Source: Nitrospirota bacterium
GTDB taxonomy: Bacteria; Nitrospirota; Thermodesulfovibrionia; Thermodesulfovibrionales; Dissulfurispiraceae
Assembly: GCA_040758355.1 (NCBI GenBank)
Contig: JBFLWF010000013.1
Span: forward strand, 10,688 to 74,687
Length of the DNA stretch: 64,000 bases
Reading direction: 5' to 3'
Part shown: positions 51,235 to 61,049 of the stretch, in pieces
Layout of the letters: every line of letters starts with the position of its first letter
Position numbering within the stretch: the first letter of the stretch is position 1
Made by a program: the position numbers and the translations under genes
Notes under the pieces: generated by a model
Database searches by the model: none
Told to the model about the DNA's origin: nothing
Seen by the model: the letters and a program-made list of their open reading frames with translations, nothing else

Positions 51235-53648
51235 TGGCAAAATACGCTGAGCTTTTCAAGACGACAAAAAAAGACGATACGGGCGATGAGATAATAAGCT
51301 CTCCTGAGTCTGTTCAGGCAAGGTTCACCCTTCTATTTGTGGATGACGAGGAAAATGTGCTCCATGCGCTCAGGCGTATATTCCTCGATGAGAACTACGA
51401 AATCCTTACTGCCGCATCAGGGGAGGATGCGCTGAAGATTATGGAAAGCACTGTTGTTCACCTCGTGATTTCCGACCACAGAATGCCCGGAATGCTCGGC
51501 TCGGAACTCCTCAGGGAAATCAAGAACAGATGGCCCGAGACAATAAGGATCATGCTCACCGGCCACGCTGACATTCAGGCGATTATGGGCGCAGTGAATG
51601 AGGGCGCTGTCTATAAATTCATAACAAAACCCTGGAACGACGAAGACCTGCGTCTGACCGTAAGCCTTGCCCTTCAACAGTATGTCCTGATACAGGAGAA
51701 CAGGAAACTCAAGGAGCTGGCAAAGGAGCAGCAGGTAAAGATAAAAACCTACTCCAATCTCTTTGACGAATACAGGGGAATTTTAGGCAGCATACTCGTA
51801 AAATCAGGCGTCATCACAAACGAGCAGCTTAGCAGGGCATTGAAAGAAAAAGACAAGGACGAATTCATAGGAGATGCCATAGTCCGCCTTGGATTCACGA
51901 CAGAATCAAAGATAGTTCAGGCGATTCAGAAGCACCAGAATTTAGACTATATAGACCTCAAAGAGATTCATATCAACCCAAATATTGCAAAGTTTCTCCC
52001 GCGCGACCTGTGTGAAAAGAACAGATTAATCCCCACAAAATTGGACGGCAGGAACCTAACAATAGCCATGGCAGACCCATCGGACATTATAAAAACAGAC
52101 AATATCTCCATGCTCACCGGATTCAAGGTGATCCCTGTTGTCGCAAAATCTTCGGACATTGTCAAATATATAAAAAGGATTTACGGAGATGTCGAAGGAG
52201 CCGCGCCTGTCGAGGATATCTCCGAGACCCTCGATCTCGAGCCCATAGAAGAGATAGATATTGTCATAGAAGAAGATGAAACAGATATAAATATCCAGGA
52301 ACTGATAAGCACATCCGGCATCCCTCCGATTGTAAGGATCGTGAATGCCATCATCATGGAGGCGCTCCGCTATCAGGCGAGCGATATACATATCGAGCCG
52401 AAAACGAAATATACCATTATAAGGTATAGGATCGACGGCATGCTTCACACAAAGATAAAAATACCTTTGAACCTGCATCCTGCAGTCATATCGAGGGTTA
52501 AGATACTCGCAAAGATGGACATCTCGGAGCGCAGGAAGCCTCAGGATGGAAGGATCACCATAAAGACCGGCACGAGGCTCGTGGATATGAGGGTGTCAAG
52601 CATGCCGACCATAAACGGCGAGAAAATCGTTATGAGAATATTGGACAAAGGAGCTGCTGTAAAGAAAATTGCTGAGCTCGGGATGAGCGAGGCCGACCTT
52701 CAGCGGCTGAATGTGGTAATAAAAAAGCCTCAGGGCATACTGGTATCCACTGGCCCTACCGGAAGCGGAAAAACTACGACTCTTTATTCCATCATTTACG
52801 AGATGATTCAATCCACCAAGAATTTCGAGACGATAGAAGACCCTGTAGAATATTTTTTAGAAGACGCAAATCAGGTCTATGTAAGAGAGCGCATAGGGTT
52901 GTCGTTTGCGTCCATATTGAGGTCAACCTTGAGGCAGGATCCTGATGTGATACTGGTAGGCGAAATCCGTGATTATGAGACAGCAGATGTAGCATTTAAG
53001 GCAGCGCTTACTGGACACATGGTTTTAACAAGCCTGCACACAAACAATACGGTTGCGTCTATCACACGACTTATCGATATTGGCGTTAAACCGTATCTCA
53101 TTGCATCTGCCATCGAAGGCATAATAGCACAGAGGCTCGTAAGAAAAGTCTGTCAGTACTGTAAGACGACAACAGTCCCGGATAAGGAAATAATGAAGCT
53201 GCTCAAAATTCCAGAGGACACATTTAAAGAAGTGGTAGTCGGCAGGGGATGCAGCAAATGCAATAATACAGGCTATCTTGGCAGGACAGGCATTTTCGAG
53301 TTGTTTGTAATAAATGACGAGTTCCGCCAGCTCATAAGCAGCGATTATAAGGAGTCTGAAATCATGAACCTTGCAAAGGCAGGGGGGATGAGGACATTAA
53401 TAGAGGATGGAATAGAAAAGGTTCGGCTCGGCATTACAACGCTGGAAGAACTCCTGAGGGTAATAGGCCCTCCCACAAAGTATGAGCGTCAGTGCGAGAA
53501 TTGCGGCAATATGGTCGATATAAAGTTTTTATTCTGTCCCCATTGCGGTGCATTCAGGCATAACATATGCCATAACTGCAAAATGCCCCTTGAAGGGGAA
53601 TGGGCCTCATGCCCGTTTTGCGGAACGAAAAAACAACAAATGGAGTGA
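51234..53648 (+). CDS. REC-MshEN-like-PilB/GspE ATPase with C-terminal double zinc ribbon
   Basis: REC (ISDHRMPGM), LGSILVKSGVI, GPTGSGKTTT, TIEDPVE, DPDVILVGEIRD, TGHMVLTSLHTN, CQYC/CSKC, four C-terminal CxxC. Confidence 0.92.
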   Translation: MAKYAELFKTTKKDDTGDEIISSPESVQARFTLLFVDDEENVLHALRRIFLDENYEILTAASGEDALKIMESTVVHLVISDHRMPGMLGSELLREIKNRWPETIRIMLTGHADIQAIMGAVNEGAVYKFITKPWNDEDLRLTVSLALQQYVLIQENRKLKELAKEQQVKIKTYSNLFDEYRGILGSILVKSGVITNEQLSRALKEKDKDEFIGDAIVRLGFTTESKIVQAIQKHQNLDYIDLKEIHINPNIAKFLPRDLCEKNRLIPTKLDGRNLTIAMADPSDIIKTDNISMLTGFKVIPVVAKSSDIVKYIKRIYGDVEGAAPVEDISETLDLEPIEEIDIVIEEDETDINIQELISTSGIPPIVRIVNAIIMEALRYQASDIHIEPKTKYTIIRYRIDGMLHTKIKIPLNLHPAVISRVKILAKMDISERRKPQDGRITIKTGTRLVDMRVSSMPTINGEKIVMRILDKGAAVKKIAELGMSEADLQRLNVVIKKPQGILVSTGPTGSGKTTTLYSIIYEMIQSTKNFETIEDPVEYFLEDANQVYVRERIGLSFASILRSTLRQDPDVILVGEIRDYETADVAFKAALTGHMVLTSLHTNNTVASITRLIDIGVKPYLIASAIEGIIAQRLVRKVCQYCKTTTVPDKEIMKLLKIPEDTFKEVVVGRGCSKCNNTGYLGRTGIFELFVINDEFRQLISSDYKESEIMNLAKAGGMRTLIEDGIEKVRLGITTLEELLRVIGPPTKYERQCENCGNMVDIKFLFCPHCGAFRHNICHNCKMPLEGEWASCPFCGTKKQQME

Positions 53649-53664
53649 TAGGAGGTTTTAGCTC

Positions 53665-54222
53665 ATGGAAGATGACATCTTGATAGTGGATGATGAACCG
53701 AATGTAATCTCTGCCCTTACAAGGGTATTTATCGATGAGCCTTACCGGATACACTCAGCCAATAGTGCATCAGAGGCCATGGAGATATTGAAAGAACATC
53801 CCATAAAGGTTGTTATATCCGATGAGAAAATGCCAGAAATCTCCGGCTCCGAATTTCTTTCCATGGTACGTGAGCAATTCCCTCATATAATTCGAGTCAT
53901 ATTAACAGGCCATGCAAGCATAGAGGCTGCAATGAAGGCAATAAATGAAGGCGAGATCTACAGGTTTTTCACTAAACCGTGGAATGACATGGATATAAGA
54001 TTCGCAGTGAGGGCCGCAATTGATAAATATAATTTGGAAGAAGAAAACAGAAGACTCCTCGAAATTGTCAGGCAGCAGGCATTGAACATTAAACTACTGG
54101 AAAGGCAGTTCCCGGGCATCTCAAAACTCGACAGAGATAAAAATGGCAGGATTATAGTGCCCGACATATCGGAAGATGAGATGGCGCAAATTGTAGCCAA
54201 GTGCGAAAGGGAGTTTATTTGA
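53665..54222 (+). CDS. Response regulator (REC plus short C-terminal tail)
   Basis: VDDE, ISDEKMPEI, YRFFTKPWND. Confidence 0.9.
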   Translation: MEDDILIVDDEPNVISALTRVFIDEPYRIHSANSASEAMEILKEHPIKVVISDEKMPEISGSEFLSMVREQFPHIIRVILTGHASIEAAMKAINEGEIYRFFTKPWNDMDIRFAVRAAIDKYNLEEENRRLLEIVRQQALNIKLLERQFPGISKLDRDKNGRIIVPDISEDEMAQIVAKCEREFI

Positions 54223-54224
54223 TA

Positions 54225-54253
54225 TTGACAAAGATATAAACATTTTGTATTCT
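54225..54253 (+). promoter_or_regulatory. sigma70 promoter for rho
   Basis: TTGACA-17 nt-TATTCT, about 240 nt upstream of the rho ATG. Confidence 0.7.
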
Positions 54254-54495
54254 AAATATAATCATTCTGATTATCCCCTCCTGAATTAAGTCCAGAGTTG
54301 GGCCAGAGTTAGGGATAATTCGTAGAAACAATGCAAAGATCAAAAGGCAAAACTCAAAAACTAAGCAATTCATCTTTGGTTGAAAAATCATTAAGCCAAT
54401 AAATCATCGAGAGTTAATGTATTAAAATCGATTATTATTTAAACCAAATTGCTCAATAACTAACTATCATAATGACCCAGAGAGGTAAAAAACAT

Positions 54496-55758
54496 ATGGA
54501 AAACTACATTTCAATTTCGGAGTTGAAAGAAAAGAACATTGATGGACTCACGCACCTTGCCAAGGAGCTCAATGTGGAAGGCGCCACAGGCATGAGGAAG
54601 CAGGAGCTTATTTTCGCCATCCTTCAGGCGCAGGCAGAGAAGGCCGGCAATGTCTATGGCTCGGGAGTTCTGGAGATCCTCCCTGACGGTTTCGGATTTC
54701 TCCGCTCCCCGGATTACAGTTACCTGCCCTCTCCCGATGACATATATGTATCCCCTTCGCAAATCAGAAGGTTTACATTAAGGACCGGTGATTTTGTATC
54801 GGGGCAGATAAGGCCTCCGAAGGAAAACGAAAGGTATTTCGCACTCCTGAAGGTGGAGACCATAAATAATGAATCTCCGGAAGACAATGTAAGCCGTCCG
54901 TTATTTGATAACCTTACACCCTATTACCCGACAGAAAAAGTAAATCTTGAGTACCAGACAGAGGATTACTCTATGAGGGTTATGGACCTTATAACACCCA
55001 TAGGCAAGGGACAGCGTGGACTCATAGTAGCAGCACCGAGGACTGGAAAGACGATGCTCCTCCAGTCTATAGCAAAGGCAATTAAAAAGAACCACAAAGA
55101 GATACATCTAATAATACTCCTGATAGATGAAAGACCCGAGGAAGTAACAGATTGGAAAAGGCAGGTAAGCACTGCTGAAATTATAAGCTCCACCTTTGAT
55201 GAGCCTCCACAGAGGCATTGTCAGGTCTCGGAAATGGTTATCGAAAGGGCAAAAAGATTGGTAGAGACAAAGAGGGATGTCGTTATCCTCCTTGACAGTA
55301 TAACGAGGCTTGCAAGGGCATACAATACAATAACCCCCACAAGCGGAAAGGTGTTGTCAGGCGGGCTCGATGCCAATGCACTCCAGAGACCCAAGAGATT
55401 TTTTGGCACAGCAAGAAGCATTGAAGAAGGCGGCAGCCTTACCATACTTGCAACTGCACTTGTGGATACCGGAAGCAGGATGGACGATGTCATATTCGAG
55501 GAATTCAAGGGAACAGGCAACATGGAACTCCACCTCGACCGCAAGCTCGTGGACAAGAGGATATTCCCGAGCATTGACATCAATTCATCAGGAACAAGGA
55601 AGGAAGAGCTTCTTGTTGCCTCCGATGTCCTGAATAAGATGTGGATACTCAGAAAGGTACTGAATCCTTTAAGCACTGTTGAGAGCATGGAATTCCTGCT
55701 CAGCAAGCTCAAAGGGGCGAAGAATAACAAGGATTTTCTGGAGATGATGAATAAGTAA
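54496..55758 (+). CDS. rho: Transcription termination factor Rho
   Basis: [50 protein letters not shown] after GAGG. Confidence 0.98.
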   Translation: MENYISISELKEKNIDGLTHLAKELNVEGATGMRKQELIFAILQAQAEKAGNVYGSGVLEILPDGFGFLRSPDYSYLPSPDDIYVSPSQIRRFTLRTGDFVSGQIRPPKENERYFALLKVETINNESPEDNVSRPLFDNLTPYYPTEKVNLEYQTEDYSMRVMDLITPIGKGQRGLIVAAPRTGKTMLLQSIAKAIKKNHKEIHLIILLIDERPEEVTDWKRQVSTAEIISSTFDEPPQRHCQVSEMVIERAKRLVETKRDVVILLDSITRLARAYNTITPTSGKVLSGGLDANALQRPKRFFGTARSIEEGGSLTILATALVDTGSRMDDVIFEEFKGTGNMELHLDRKLVDKRIFPSIDINSSGTRKEELLVASDVLNKMWILRKVLNPLSTVESMEFLLSKLKGAKNNKDFLEMMNK

Positions 55759-55762
55759 AGAA

Positions 55763-55832
55763 AGCAATCAGCCGTTAGCCGTCAGCTATTTTTATTATTT
55801 TGCTGAAAGCTGATTGCTGAAAGCTAAAGGCT
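55763..55832. repeat. Inverted pair of heptamer arrays (AGCNNTC / GCTGANA)
   Basis: agcaatc agccgtt agccgtc agctatt ... tgctgaa agctgat tgctgaa agctaaa. Confidence 0.75.
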
Positions 55833-56231
55833 ATGATAAAACTTGAAGACGACGATTACTGCTTTGCATGCGGTGAAAACAACCAGTGTGGTTTAAAGCT
55901 GTCCTTCAATTATTCGAACGGCAAACTCACCACCGAGTTTATACCTTCCAAAATTTATCAGGGCTACAAGGACATAACACATGGTGGGGTAATAACCACT
56001 GTCCTTGATGAGGCCATGATACAGGCCGCCATAGCAGAGGGGATAATGCCTGTAACTGCAGAAATAAATGTGAGGTTCAAAATGCCTTTGATGGTAAACG
56101 AAAAGACGATAGCAGAGGCAGAAATAATCAAGAAAGGCTCACGGCTCATCGAGGCACAATCGCGTCTTTTAAATTCATCAGACGGCACTGTCATTGCCGA
56201 GGCATCCGCAAAAATGGTCCCATCAAAATAA
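55833..56231 (+). CDS. PaaI family hotdog thioesterase
   Basis: CFACGENN, HGGVITTVLDEAM. Confidence 0.9.
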   Translation: MIKLEDDDYCFACGENNQCGLKLSFNYSNGKLTTEFIPSKIYQGYKDITHGGVITTVLDEAMIQAAIAEGIMPVTAEINVRFKMPLMVNEKTIAEAEIIKKGSRLIEAQSRLLNSSDGTVIAEASAKMVPSK

Positions 56232-56283
56232 TCTAAATCTTTAAGTTTATATATCCTGCTGTTTTTTGCTATCATATAGAGAA

Positions 56284-58323
56284 ATGAAAAGCTATTTATT
56301 GATAGTCGGCACACTTATAGCAGTAATCTCCGCCCTTATCACGTTAAATGTCTTCTTCCAGCAGTCCCTCCAGATGGACATGGCAGAACAGTTCAACAAA
56401 CAACAGTCGCTGCTCTCCAAGTCCATAGCCGACAACATCGGGGCATATCTGTATTTCATAAAACAGGATGTCATACATATCTCCAATATGCTGTCAAAAA
56501 GGGACGTAACCAACAAAAAAGATCTCGATTGGCTTACGAGCGATGCCTTGAGAAAGAAGGGAATAATCGAAACAAGTCTCGGCATTCTTAATACCAAAGG
56601 TGAAGTGATATTTTCTGAAGGAAACAATAATCTATCCAAACCGTTTGTCTCTAATATGCTGGAACAGACAAAAAATATTGGCCCCGGCAATACTACTATT
56701 ATAGAAACCCCGCACTTGATATACATCATATCTCCCATATACAACCAGGGAAGTATGAAAGGGGTAGTATTCCTGTCCATAAAAATAAATGACATAGCCA
56801 GCAGGTTCGTCAGCAATATAAAATCAGGAAGCCGCGGGTATGCATGGATGATGGATAAAAACGGCACGCTCCTTTACCACCCCACACAGCCAGGAATGGT
56901 CGGGGGAAACATTTATAAAGCCGATTCCAACTGCTTTAAATGCCATATGAATTTTGATCTCGAAAAACGGATAATACAAGGCAAGACGAGTAATTACGGC
57001 AGGCACATTGCACCCACAGGAGAGGATAAAATCATTGCATTTTCTACTGTCAGCATAGACAATCTGTCATGGATAATTGCAGTGTCCTCCCCTTACTCTG
57101 AAGTGACTTCTGTCACAAGACACAGCATGGAACTATACTCGTATCTCATAATATCCATCTTTATAACAACAAGCATCGTATCTGCGCTGTTGATTGTGTT
57201 TAATAAAAAAAGGATAAAGGCAGAAGAAGTTGCAAAAAGGAAGGAAGAACTCGAAAAATATACTGCTCAACTGGAAGAAAAGGTTAATGATAGAACTGCA
57301 GAGCTTGTAAGCGAGAAGGAAAAACTCAATACCATTGTCAGTGCCATAGGCGGCGGCATAGTGCTCATTGACAGGCATGGCAAAATTCAATGGACAAACC
57401 AGATGATAAAGGACATGGCCGGAACAGATATAACAGGAATGTCCTGCGAGGACATATGTCCTGACTGCCATATTTCAGGCGAATACAGCAGAGACAATGT
57501 TGATACAATAATACTGTCCAATCTCTTCGGACAAAAAGATAAATATTTTCAGGTCACTACAGCGCCTGTGAAAGGGTTAAATGGAGAGATACATGGATAT
57601 ATAAGGCTCATACAGGATGTGACGGAGATGAAAAAAATGGAAGAACAGATAATCCATTCAGAAAAGCTTGCATCCATAGGAAGGCTTGCGGCAGGCATAG
57701 CCCATGAGATAGGGAATCCCCTGACATCCATCTTCTCCTTTGTCCAGATACTCAGGGAAATGGAAGATGATGAGTTCAAAAAGGAAAGTCTCGAAACAAT
57801 TTATTTCCATATAAACAGGATTTCGGAAATCTTAAAGCAGCTTTCCGGCTTCTCAAAAATGCCTGCAGGAGAGCCGAGGGAGTGCCAGATAAACGAGGTT
57901 ATAGAAACATCCATCAATCTTATACAGTACGACAAAAAGGCAAAGAACATATCCATCTTAAAAGAGCTTTCACCGTCTCTGCCCGAGGTCATCGCAGACG
58001 GCAACCAACTGTCACAGGTCTTTGTAAACCTTACCCTGAATGCCATAGACGCAATGCCCGAAGGAGGGACACTCACTGTCAGGAGCATGTCGAGGGAAAA
58101 CGACATCGTCATCCAGTTCGAAGACACCGGCATTGGCATTCCACGGGAGGAATTGCCAAAGATATTCGATCCGTTCTATACAACAAAGGAAAAGGGCACA
58201 GGTCTCGGACTTGCAGTAAGTTATAATATAATCAAAAAGATGAACGGTACGCTGACCGTTGAGAGCGAAGCCGACAAAGGCAGCATATTTACCATAACAA
58301 TACCTGTTAACAACAGGTATTAG
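56284..58323 (+). CDS. Sensor histidine kinase (TM-Cache with CxxCH-TM-PAS-HisKA-HATPase)
   Basis: GYAWMMDKNGTLLYHP Cache motif, CFKCH, AHEIGNPL, GTGLGL. Confidence 0.92.
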   Translation: MKSYLLIVGTLIAVISALITLNVFFQQSLQMDMAEQFNKQQSLLSKSIADNIGAYLYFIKQDVIHISNMLSKRDVTNKKDLDWLTSDALRKKGIIETSLGILNTKGEVIFSEGNNNLSKPFVSNMLEQTKNIGPGNTTIIETPHLIYIISPIYNQGSMKGVVFLSIKINDIASRFVSNIKSGSRGYAWMMDKNGTLLYHPTQPGMVGGNIYKADSNCFKCHMNFDLEKRIIQGKTSNYGRHIAPTGEDKIIAFSTVSIDNLSWIIAVSSPYSEVTSVTRHSMELYSYLIISIFITTSIVSALLIVFNKKRIKAEEVAKRKEELEKYTAQLEEKVNDRTAELVSEKEKLNTIVSAIGGGIVLIDRHGKIQWTNQMIKDMAGTDITGMSCEDICPDCHISGEYSRDNVDTIILSNLFGQKDKYFQVTTAPVKGLNGEIHGYIRLIQDVTEMKKMEEQIIHSEKLASIGRLAAGIAHEIGNPLTSIFSFVQILREMEDDEFKKESLETIYFHINRISEILKQLSGFSKMPAGEPRECQINEVIETSINLIQYDKKAKNISILKELSPSLPEVIADGNQLSQVFVNLTLNAIDAMPEGGTLTVRSMSRENDIVIQFEDTGIGIPREELPKIFDPFYTTKEKGTGLGLAVSYNIIKKMNGTLTVESEADKGSIFTITIPVNNRY

Positions 58324-58326
58324 AAG

Positions 58327-58396
58327 TTGTCATTCCCGCGAAAGCGGGAATCCAGAGGAATAAAAACTGGATTCCGTGTCAAGCACGGAATGACAA
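58327..58396. repeat. REP-like palindromic element, copy 2
   Basis: TTGTCATTCCCGCGAAAGCGGGAATCCAG...CTGGATTCCGTG-TCAAG-CACGGAATGACAA. Confidence 0.85.
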
Positions 58397-58411
58397 ATAA
58401 AGGATGTTTTT

Positions 58412-59758
58412 ATGAAACCCAAAATACTTATAGTGGATGACGAGCCTGATATATGCAGGGCACTGGAATTTCTCCTGAAGAGGGAAGGCTACACAGTAAC
58501 CTCTGTAAACAGCGGCGAAGATGCCATAGAAAAGCTCAAAACCAATGGCTTCGATGTGGTGATTACAGATCTTAAAATGGGCAGGGTTGACGGCATGGCC
58601 GTGCTCGAAAAGGCTAAGGAGATAAACCCTGATATGCCGGTGATAATGATGACAGCATTCGCCTCCATAGAGTCTGCAGTGGAAGCAATGAAAAGAGGCG
58701 CAGCAGATTACATTGTCAAACCTTTCCTCAATGAAGAGATAAAGCTCACCATCAAGAAAGTTCTGGAACAGAAGAAGATAATAAACGAGAATATCGCTTT
58801 GAAACAGCAGATAAGCCAGCGCATGGCATGCAGGGATTTTGTGGCGAACTCTGAATCCATGCTGAAGATCGTCGAGACCCTCGAAAAGGTAATCCCCACC
58901 AAAAGCAATATCATGATATTAGGAGAAAGCGGCACGGGCAAAGGTCTTCTGGCAGAGATTGTGCACTGCAACAGCCCGAGACGCGACAAGCCCTTTATTT
59001 CCATAAACTGCTCGGCCATACCCGAGGGACTTTTGGAGTCGGAGCTTTTTGGCTACAAGAAGGGTGCATTTACTGGCGCTGTGTCTGACAAATTAGGCCT
59101 TATCCCCCTCGCCCATCAGGGAACGCTCTTTCTTGACGAAATAGGAGACATGCCACCTAATCTTCAGGCAAAACTCCTGAAAGTACTGGAGACAGGAGAG
59201 GTTTATCCCCTCGGCGAAACAAAACCCAAAATAGTCGATGTGAGGATAATCTCTGCAACCAATGCTGACATAGAAAACAGGATCAAGGAAGGAAGGTTCA
59301 GGGAAGACCTTTACTGGAGATTAAATGTCATCGAGATAAAGATACCTCCGCTCAAGGAGCGGAAGGATGACATAGAGATGCTCGCAAGGCATTTCGCAGA
59401 TAAATTTTCTGAGGAACATAAAAAGAATATCAAGGGCATTGACAGGCAGGCATTGTCCATATTGCTCGAATATTCATGGCCCGGCAATATAAGGGAATTG
59501 GGAAATGTCATAGAGAGGGCAGTTGTCCTCACAGATGGCGATTATATAATCCCTGAAAACCTGCCGGATAAATTAAAAAAGGTTGAGCATGAAGCACAGC
59601 CCTCCACTCTCAAGACGTATCTCGGCGATTACGAAAAAAACCTTATTCTGAGACTCTACAATGCACACAACAGGAACAAGGAAGAAACAGCCATGGCGTT
59701 GGGGATAGACCTTGCAACTTTATACAGGAAGTTAAAAAAATACGGAATAGAGGAGTAG
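58412..59758 (+). CDS. sigma54-dependent NtrC-family response regulator
   Basis: REC, GESGTGKG, ESELFGYKKGAFTGA, FLDEIGD, Fis-type HTH. Confidence 0.95.
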   Translation: MKPKILIVDDEPDICRALEFLLKREGYTVTSVNSGEDAIEKLKTNGFDVVITDLKMGRVDGMAVLEKAKEINPDMPVIMMTAFASIESAVEAMKRGAADYIVKPFLNEEIKLTIKKVLEQKKIINENIALKQQISQRMACRDFVANSESMLKIVETLEKVIPTKSNIMILGESGTGKGLLAEIVHCNSPRRDKPFISINCSAIPEGLLESELFGYKKGAFTGAVSDKLGLIPLAHQGTLFLDEIGDMPPNLQAKLLKVLETGEVYPLGETKPKIVDVRIISATNADIENRIKEGRFREDLYWRLNVIEIKIPPLKERKDDIEMLARHFADKFSEEHKKNIKGIDRQALSILLEYSWPGNIRELGNVIERAVVLTDGDYIIPENLPDKLKKVEHEAQPSTLKTYLGDYEKNLILRLYNAHNRNKEETAMALGIDLATLYRKLKKYGIEE

Positions 59759-60045
59759 TGAGAAGGGCATTTTATATCGGCGTTATATTTGGCGGGATAT
59801 TAGGCATCGCAGTCGCCCTCAGCATGGACCTGCTCCTCGGCAAAAGCCTCGGCGGCGGATGGGGCGAGGCAGTTGCCAATGACCTTAATCGCATGTTCAA
59901 TGCACACCTTTCCCCACACAGCTTCATAGTGATTATAGGTGTAATAATAGTTGTAGGCATCATAGGCGCATTCGGCTCATTCATAGGCGGGATATTCAGC
60001 GTAATGATAGCAAGACTCTTTCAGGTGCTTACAAAAGAAAGGTAA
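59758..60045 (+). CDS. Small hypothetical membrane protein
   Basis: Two Gly-rich hydrophobic segments; GTG start coupled to the regulator stop. Confidence 0.7.
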   Translation: MRRAFYIGVIFGGILGIAVALSMDLLLGKSLGGGWGEAVANDLNRMFNAHLSPHSFIVIIGVIIVVGIIGAFGSFIGGIFSVMIARLFQVLTKER

Positions 60046-60060
60046 AGGCAAAGGTGATTC

Positions 60061-60274
60061 AGCTATAAGGATAAGTCTCTTTCGTTCAGAAGCTCTGTTT
60101 TGACAGTCCTAATGCTCCTTCCGCTACAGCCGCAAAACTCGCTTCGCTCAAACACTTGCGGCTGTCAGGCAATGATATGGTCGCTCCAAAATTATGCCAT
60201 TGCCTGACGCTCCACTTCGCAAAGAACTGTTACCAAAACATCGCTATTCACTCCAGAGACTCATCCTTATAGCT
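60061..60274 (-). repeat. Structured dispersed repeat / candidate ncRNA or MITE, copy 2
   Basis: 12-bp terminal inverted repeat AGCTATAAGGAT...ATCCTTATAGCT; reverse complement aligns to 11304-11609 minus about 92 nt. Confidence 0.85.
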
Positions 60275-60284
60275 ATATTGGGGT

Positions 60285-61049
60285 CTATCCCTTATGGCAT
60301 TTCCCGCAGTCCGTAACCGGCGTAGCTATGTTTCCGTTATGGCATGAGCCGCAGGTCTTGCCCTGATACATATCGTCCATCTTCATCTTTCCATGGGTCT
60401 TCTTCATGTCGAATAATTTCGGATGGCACGAATCGCAGGAGAATGCTGTTGTGTGGAACTTGTGGCTGAAGATCACGTTGCCGATACCGTCAACCTTGTA
60501 TACGAGTTCCTTTTCGAAGCCCTTCATTTTATGGCACTTTGCACACTCGGAAGAAGCAAATGCCTTTTTGCCGTCATGGCATGCACCGCAATATGCACCG
60601 TTATCAATGTCCTTCATGGTGACACGGGCAGCACCGGCGCTCATCAGGAATACCCCCGGATGGCACTCCTTGCAGTTGAAAAGCTTTGCGTGAGCCTCGT
60701 GGTTAAACTTCGATGGTAAAACCGTCCTGTCAAAGGTAATTATCTTCATGCTGTGGCAGTTGCTGCAAATATTCCTGTTAACCACCATGTGCCGATGCCC
60801 TCTTGGGTCGTGGCACTGGTTGCAGTGATAGCCTGCATCCATATGCCTCTGGTGGGGGAATATGCCTTTCTGTGGCGGTGCAGAGAATTTCTGGTATGAG
60901 TGGCATTTAAAGCACGGCAGACTGCCCACTGCCTCATCCCTCGATATTATTTTTTCAGGGGCCTTTTCTGTCGCTCCTTTTTCTGCCTTCTTTGGAGAAC
61001 AGCCGAATATCAATGCGCTTATGGTTATAATCGCTACCAACCATCTCAT
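60285..61049 (-). CDS. Nonaheme c-type cytochrome lipoprotein with c7-like repeats
   Basis: Lipobox IFGC; nine CxxCH motifs counted. Confidence 0.9.
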   Translation of the reverse strand: MRWLVAIITISALIFGCSPKKAEKGATEKAPEKIISRDEAVGSLPCFKCHSYQKFSAPPQKGIFPHQRHMDAGYHCNQCHDPRGHRHMVVNRNICSNCHSMKIITFDRTVLPSKFNHEAHAKLFNCKECHPGVFLMSAGAARVTMKDIDNGAYCGACHDGKKAFASSECAKCHKMKGFEKELVYKVDGIGNVIFSHKFHTTAFSCDSCHPKLFDMKKTHGKMKMDDMYQGKTCGSCHNGNIATPVTDCGKCHKG

